Both the position numbers and the translations under genes were made by a program. From a virus (lineage: Duplodnaviria > Caudoviricetes), in the IMG/VR virus record IMGVR_UViG_3300032317_000090, positions 1 to 62,276 of that record: a stretch of 62,276 bases of DNA. One strand, 5' to 3'. Below the pieces are notes generated by a model that saw only the letters and a list, made by a program, of their open reading frames with translations, had not been told where the DNA came from and made no database searches. This document shows positions 58,453 to 62,276 of the stretch, piece by piece (the stretch's first letter is position 1; the number at the start of each line of letters is the position of its first letter).

Positions 58453-59457
58453 ATGGCGGGCGAATCAATTGAAGGGTTTTCGGAAAAGGTTGCCGACGAA
58501 TTGCGGCGCACTCAGCGGGACGAGCTTTCCAAGAAGGACGGCAGAATCCGAAAGCTTCAGCGGGAGGTGTCGGCGCTCACGAAAGATCGAGACGATCTCC
58601 TCGGGAGCCTTGAAGACCTTCGGGCGCTCACCTATCCGCCACCGGCCTCAACAAACCCCGCCAATCGCCGCAGGAAGCGCGACAGGCTAAGGGTCATCAT
58701 TCCGGACGTTCATGGAAGCCAAATGGACCGATCCGCTATCCTGGCCCTACTGGCAGACGTTCGGACGCTATGCCCGGATGAAATCGTCATCATGGGCGAT
58801 CTCGTTGAGTGCGGTGGATTCCTCGCCAAGCATCACGTCCTTGGATACGTGGCGCAAACCGCCTACACCTACGAGGACGATCTTGCCCAGGGAAACTGGT
58901 TCCTCGATGAGTTGGCGAAGGCGGCTCCGTCGGCTTCGATTATCTGGATCGAAGGGAACCATGAAGACCGGGTTGAGCGTTGGTGCGTCGATGTGGCGAT
59001 CTCCAACGGTCGCGAAGCTGAGTTTCTGCGCCGGGCGTTCTCGCCTGAATTCTTGCTCAAGGCCAAGGAGCGTGGAATCCCTTACTATCGCCGGAGCGTG
59101 ATTCACAACGTCACCGGCTTCCCTGGTTGGCTGAAGATTGGAAAATGCTTCTTCGTCCACGAGCTTGCCGGTGGGAAAAACGCGGCCATGGCCAGCCTCA
59201 GCGCCACGGCAGGAAACCTCTGGTATGCCCACACGCACACAGAAGCCACGGCCACGCTCAATCTTCCAGGGATCGGCTTGGTAAAGGCTTCCAATCCTGG
59301 GTGCCTCTGCTTGACTCAACCCCTATGGCGTCACACGCCGCCGACGAATTGGTCGCTTGGCTACGGCACTCAGTTTATCTCGAAAAACGAGAACTTCCTG
59401 AATCTCAACGTGCCGATCATTGATGGAGCTTCCATGCTCCGGAATGCCCTCAGATAA
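58453..59457 (+). CDS. Calcineurin-like metallophosphoesterase with N-terminal coiled coil
   Basis: PDVH, MGDLVE, EGNHE, FVH, AHTH. Confidence 0.88.
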   Translation: MAGESIEGFSEKVADELRRTQRDELSKKDGRIRKLQREVSALTKDRDDLLGSLEDLRALTYPPPASTNPANRRRKRDRLRVIIPDVHGSQMDRSAILALLADVRTLCPDEIVIMGDLVECGGFLAKHHVLGYVAQTAYTYEDDLAQGNWFLDELAKAAPSASIIWIEGNHEDRVERWCVDVAISNGREAEFLRRAFSPEFLLKAKERGIPYYRRSVIHNVTGFPGWLKIGKCFFVHELAGGKNAAMASLSATAGNLWYAHTHTEATATLNLPGIGLVKASNPGCLCLTQPLWRHTPPTNWSLGYGTQFISKNENFLNLNVPIIDGASMLRNALR

Positions 59458-59496
59458 AGAGAAAGGGCCGGGCCACCCCCGCGACCCAGCCCTTTC
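59456..59496 (-). terminator. Terminator between convergent genes
   Basis: GAAAGGGC...GCCCTTTC hairpin followed by TCTTT on minus strand. Confidence 0.65.
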
Positions 59497-59520
59497 AACG
59501 TCACCGGAACGGGTGACAAA

Positions 59521-59844
59521 TTACCCCTCGATAGTCAAGGGCGGCTCCGTGGGCCTTTCCTCAGCGGCCTTTTCCATGGCCTCGTATGCCGCATTCTCGG
59601 AGGCCAAGTCTTTCATGACTTCGAGCGCGAATCGCTTCATTGCCCGATCACCGAGCCTAGCTCCTACCTTGCTGGAAAGGCGTTCGAGCGTGACGATTCG
59701 CAGGTAGGCGAATTCCGAGAGATGGTCCCCGGCGACGGCCCGCTGGCGGAGCGCCTCCATTTTCATGATCTCCAGTTGCCGCCGGTCGAGTTTGATCTCC
59801 GGTTGATCCGGCTGGCCCTGCTGTTCTTGTTGGTCGTTTTCCAT
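59521..59844 (-). CDS. Hypothetical protein
   Basis: Preceded by tandem TCACGCT. Confidence 0.6.
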   Translation of the reverse strand: MENDQQEQQGQPDQPEIKLDRRQLEIMKMEALRQRAVAGDHLSEFAYLRIVTLERLSSKVGARLGDRAMKRFALEVMKDLASENAAYEAMEKAAEERPTEPPLTIEG

Positions 59845-59877
59845 ATTGTATTGAGCGTGATTTACGTTGAGCGTGAT

Positions 59878-60291
59878 TCAGCGTGGCAGCGCGGCGCGGA
59901 CGGCGCAATCCTTGGCTTCGAGAAGTTTCCGAAGCGCGACTTGCGTTTCGACCGGACAGGCTCCCTTCTGGGTGACGAGCTTGTAAGCGAGAACCTTGAA
60001 CGGTGCGCTGATCTCCTGAAGGAACTCGGGGAGGTGGCCGAACTCGAAGAAGCGAAGGAACTCCGCATGGATTCGATTGTCTGGCCTCACGTCCAAGCAG
60101 ACGTTCGCCGCGAGGAACTGCTTGGCCGGACACCATGAGGTGTAACCGTCCGGGTAGACGACAACGAACCCTTCGGTTGCGTCTCGTTGAGCGGATCTGG
60201 CCTTTACGATCTTGAAGGCCCCAAAGGTGGCCATCGGGTCGAGAGGAAGCGGCGTTTCAGAAGGGAGCGGTTTGGTTTCGCTTGGATTCAT
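59878..60291 (-). CDS. Two-domain protein, C-terminal Acb2/Tad1-like helical hairpin (candidate sponge)
   Basis: GFVVVYPDGYTSWCP domain plus FFEFGHLP...ALRKLLEAKDCAVRA. Confidence 0.55.
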   Translation of the reverse strand: MNPSETKPLPSETPLPLDPMATFGAFKIVKARSAQRDATEGFVVVYPDGYTSWCPAKQFLAANVCLDVRPDNRIHAEFLRFFEFGHLPEFLQEISAPFKVLAYKLVTQKGACPVETQVALRKLLEAKDCAVRAALPR

Positions 60292-61096
60292 ACTGTGTTA
60301 GTCTTGTTTTCAACTCAGGCAAAAAGCGATCCGCCCAAGTGTCCCGGACGGCTTGAAGGGCTTCGAGGTGTTCGTCCGGGCGAAGCATGTTGATATACTC
60401 AGGCCGGTCCAGCCCGAGACGTCCGGCCCACTCGCCGGGCGTGCGGTATTTGTAGTGGTTGAGGCGGAGGAAATCAGCCGACGGGAAGCTGGTTTCCGGT
60501 GACGACATTCCCCTGATTGCGCCTGTCAGGGATTCAACGGTATCGACAACGTGCAGGCCGTCGATGAGGCGCTCGCCGGGATCGTGATTGCAGTAGCGGC
60601 GGCCATGCGCTTGCGGCTTCTCGATGGTCTTGAAGAACCGATTCCATCCCCAGTCATCCGCCGCCCGCCAGCGGCACCGCTCGATGATGAGACCTTCCTC
60701 TTCTCCGGCCCCGTAGTTACGCCAGTGAACAGCGGTTGCAATGGTCCCGAATGGCATGGTCTTAAGCGGGATCTTGACCGTCAGGGAAAACACCGGCTCA
60801 AGGAATTCGTCGTCGTCGATGTTGACGAACCAATCAGCCTCCGCATTGATGGCGATCTCGCGGCCAATGTTGAGACAGGTAATCATGAGCGGATCATCTC
60901 CCGGCTTCCAAGAAACCTCGGTCACCGAATCGAGAATCCCTTGGCGGAGCAACTCCGCATAGACGGCTTTGCTCTCCGGCTTGGAAGCGTGATCGAATAG
61001 ATGGATCTGGTCCCAGCCGGTCAGCTTGTGGAAAATCGCCCATTCGGCAACATGGTCCCCGGTGTCCCGTTGCAGTGTCATCATCACGGTCTTCAT
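60257..61096 (-). CDS. Glycosyltransferase (GT2_4/GT92-like)
   Basis: EWAIFH...G.DQIHLFDHAS, WFVNIDDDEFL, WRNYG, KTI, RLNHY. Confidence 0.82.
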   Translation of the reverse strand: MKTVMMTLQRDTGDHVAEWAIFHKLTGWDQIHLFDHASKPESKAVYAELLRQGILDSVTEVSWKPGDDPLMITCLNIGREIAINAEADWFVNIDDDEFLEPVFSLTVKIPLKTMPFGTIATAVHWRNYGAGEEEGLIIERCRWRAADDWGWNRFFKTIEKPQAHGRRYCNHDPGERLIDGLHVVDTVESLTGAIRGMSSPETSFPSADFLRLNHYKYRTPGEWAGRLGLDRPEYINMLRPDEHLEALQAVRDTWADRFLPELKTRLTQYESKRNQTAPF

Positions 61097-61938
61097 AGAT
61101 CGCGTGATGATACGACATAAACACCTGTTCGCAACCCTGACCTTTTGAGTTTTTCGGCAATCGTCGTCGCCTCTATGAGGAGGTGATCGGTGGGCCGTGA
61201 CTTGCTGGAAAGATTGTAGCGATCCGCCGCCTCGGACTGAGTAAGCTCGATCTGGATGGAGACGGAGATGCGGCGCTCCTTCCAGTCCGGCGGAATCCTT
61301 GCGCCGCGCACCCGGTTTCCCTCTTGGGAGAAAGCGTAGATGAGCGCCGGTCTCTTGCCGACTCCCTGGTTGAGCGCCGCCGCAAGTTCCGACTGGGCCG
61401 CCTCAGTGAGCGTGACGGCCACTCGGTACGCTTCGTGGAGCGTGAGTCTCTTCTGATCGTAAAGCGACTCGATCTCCGGCACCGCCTTTTTCCGGATGCC
61501 GCGCTCCCGCCTGATCTTGTGAATAGACTCGCCCCTTACTTCGGCTTCTTGCTCCAGGGTGAGTCTTTTCGCGAATTGCGCCGCGACCAATTCACGCTCG
61601 TCTTTAGTGAGTTGCCGCCGGGCGATGTTCTCCGCCAGAATCCAGGCGATGATGGCGGATTCCTTGCAAGTGTAGATTACGGAATCCCACTTCAGGCCCA
61701 TCCCTTTCATGAGGTAGATCCGGTGCCTACCATCGACTAAGAAAATCTCCTCACCTACACTCTCGCGCCAGTAAGCAACCGGGTTTTGCTGCCCGAGTTC
61801 CTTAATGGATTGAGCGAGAAGCCGAATCGAATCCTTGCTCGCCACGGGAAGCAGCCTGCAACACTCGTGAGCGTTCGCCGCCGCCTCCACGGCCTGCTCG
61901 TAGGGGAATGGCTCCGGTTTGCCTAAGTCGTATTTCAT
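61093..61938 (-). CDS. ParB/Srx N-terminal domain protein
   Basis: LAQSIKELGQQNPV, LVDGRHR, ENIARRQLT. Confidence 0.8.
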   Translation of the reverse strand: MKYDLGKPEPFPYEQAVEAAANAHECCRLLPVASKDSIRLLAQSIKELGQQNPVAYWRESVGEEIFLVDGRHRIYLMKGMGLKWDSVIYTCKESAIIAWILAENIARRQLTKDERELVAAQFAKRLTLEQEAEVRGESIHKIRRERGIRKKAVPEIESLYDQKRLTLHEAYRVAVTLTEAAQSELAAALNQGVGKRPALIYAFSQEGNRVRGARIPPDWKERRISVSIQIELTQSEAADRYNLSSKSRPTDHLLIEATTIAEKLKRSGLRTGVYVVSSRDL

Positions 61939-62276
61939 ATTGCTTGCTCGACTTCCTGCTTATTGCCCTTGAGTCCGTCGATGATGCTCCTGGCCGCGTC
62001 AAAGGACACGCTCCCGGCTCTCGGGACGCCCTTCGACTCCATGAATTGAACTTGCTTCAGGGTGGCGAGGCGCTTCTCTGAGCGATCATTGATGGCCTTG
62101 ATGATCGACGCCGCCGCGCCCTTGCTGGTTGCAAGCTGGATCGGGTAGCCGTGCTTGCGCAGGAATTCAAGTTGTGCCGAAGTGGGCTCCTCACGCTGCC
62201 AGTCGTAACGGTCAACGTGCTTTGCGACGGCCCAACCGAGAATTGGAGCAAGATCCGCGAGTGATTTGAGCCGGTA
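61935..62276 (-). CDS. SF2 helicase, 3' part (joined to 1-1347)
   Basis: In-frame continuation ...EPTSAQLEFLRKHGY...LATLKQVQFMESKG...EQAI*; stop overlaps ATG of next gene (ATGA). Confidence 0.85.
   Translation of the reverse strand, partial: YRLKSLADLAPILGWAVAKHVDRYDWQREEPTSAQLEFLRKHGYPIQLATSKGAAASIIKAINDRSEKRLATLKQVQFMESKGVPRAGSVSFDAARSIIDGLKGNKQEVEQAI
62154..62276. repeat. Terminal direct repeat (copy of 1-123)
   Basis: Direct sequence identity with window start. Confidence 0.95.

Noticed and set aside
62154-62276. 123-bp terminal repeat as a biological DTR
   Set aside because: It lies within an intact helicase ORF, so it is best explained as assembler overlap of a circular or permuted genome

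Overview
The window looks like a complete, circularly assembled dsDNA tailed-phage genome of about 62,153 bp. A 123-bp end overlap falls inside a helicase gene. The layout is podovirus-like: portal, scaffold, major capsid, glycosyltransferase, fibres, holin/amidase, tail and ejection proteins, and a 2490-aa polyvalent protein (+ strand, about 1.7-33.3 kb). A minus-strand block carries terminase, SSB, primase, Sak and Gp157. Two early or accessory arms diverge from a ~1.3-kb non-coding region at about 47 kb. The left arm has an AAA+/vWA pair, DUF3560 and an adenine MTase. The right arm has MazG-like, ATP-grasp, DEDDh exonuclease, NTase-like, ASCH, dNMP kinase, HNH, VRR-NUC, metallophosphoesterase, a sponge-like fusion, a glycosyltransferase and a ParB-like gene. 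I recognised no integrase, DNA polymerase, RT, tRNA or CRISPR. The most unusual signals are: (1) the heptamer TCACGCT, strongly over-represented genome-wide and clustered before genes; (2) a family of 16-bp-spacer promoters carrying GGTGTT repeats that appear to drive leaderless mRNAs; (3) a compact, multi-stem, possibly pseudoknotted intergenic RNA candidate at about 56.6-57.0 kb; (4) a two-domain candidate immune-signal sponge. All product calls come from motif recognition by eye, not database searches.
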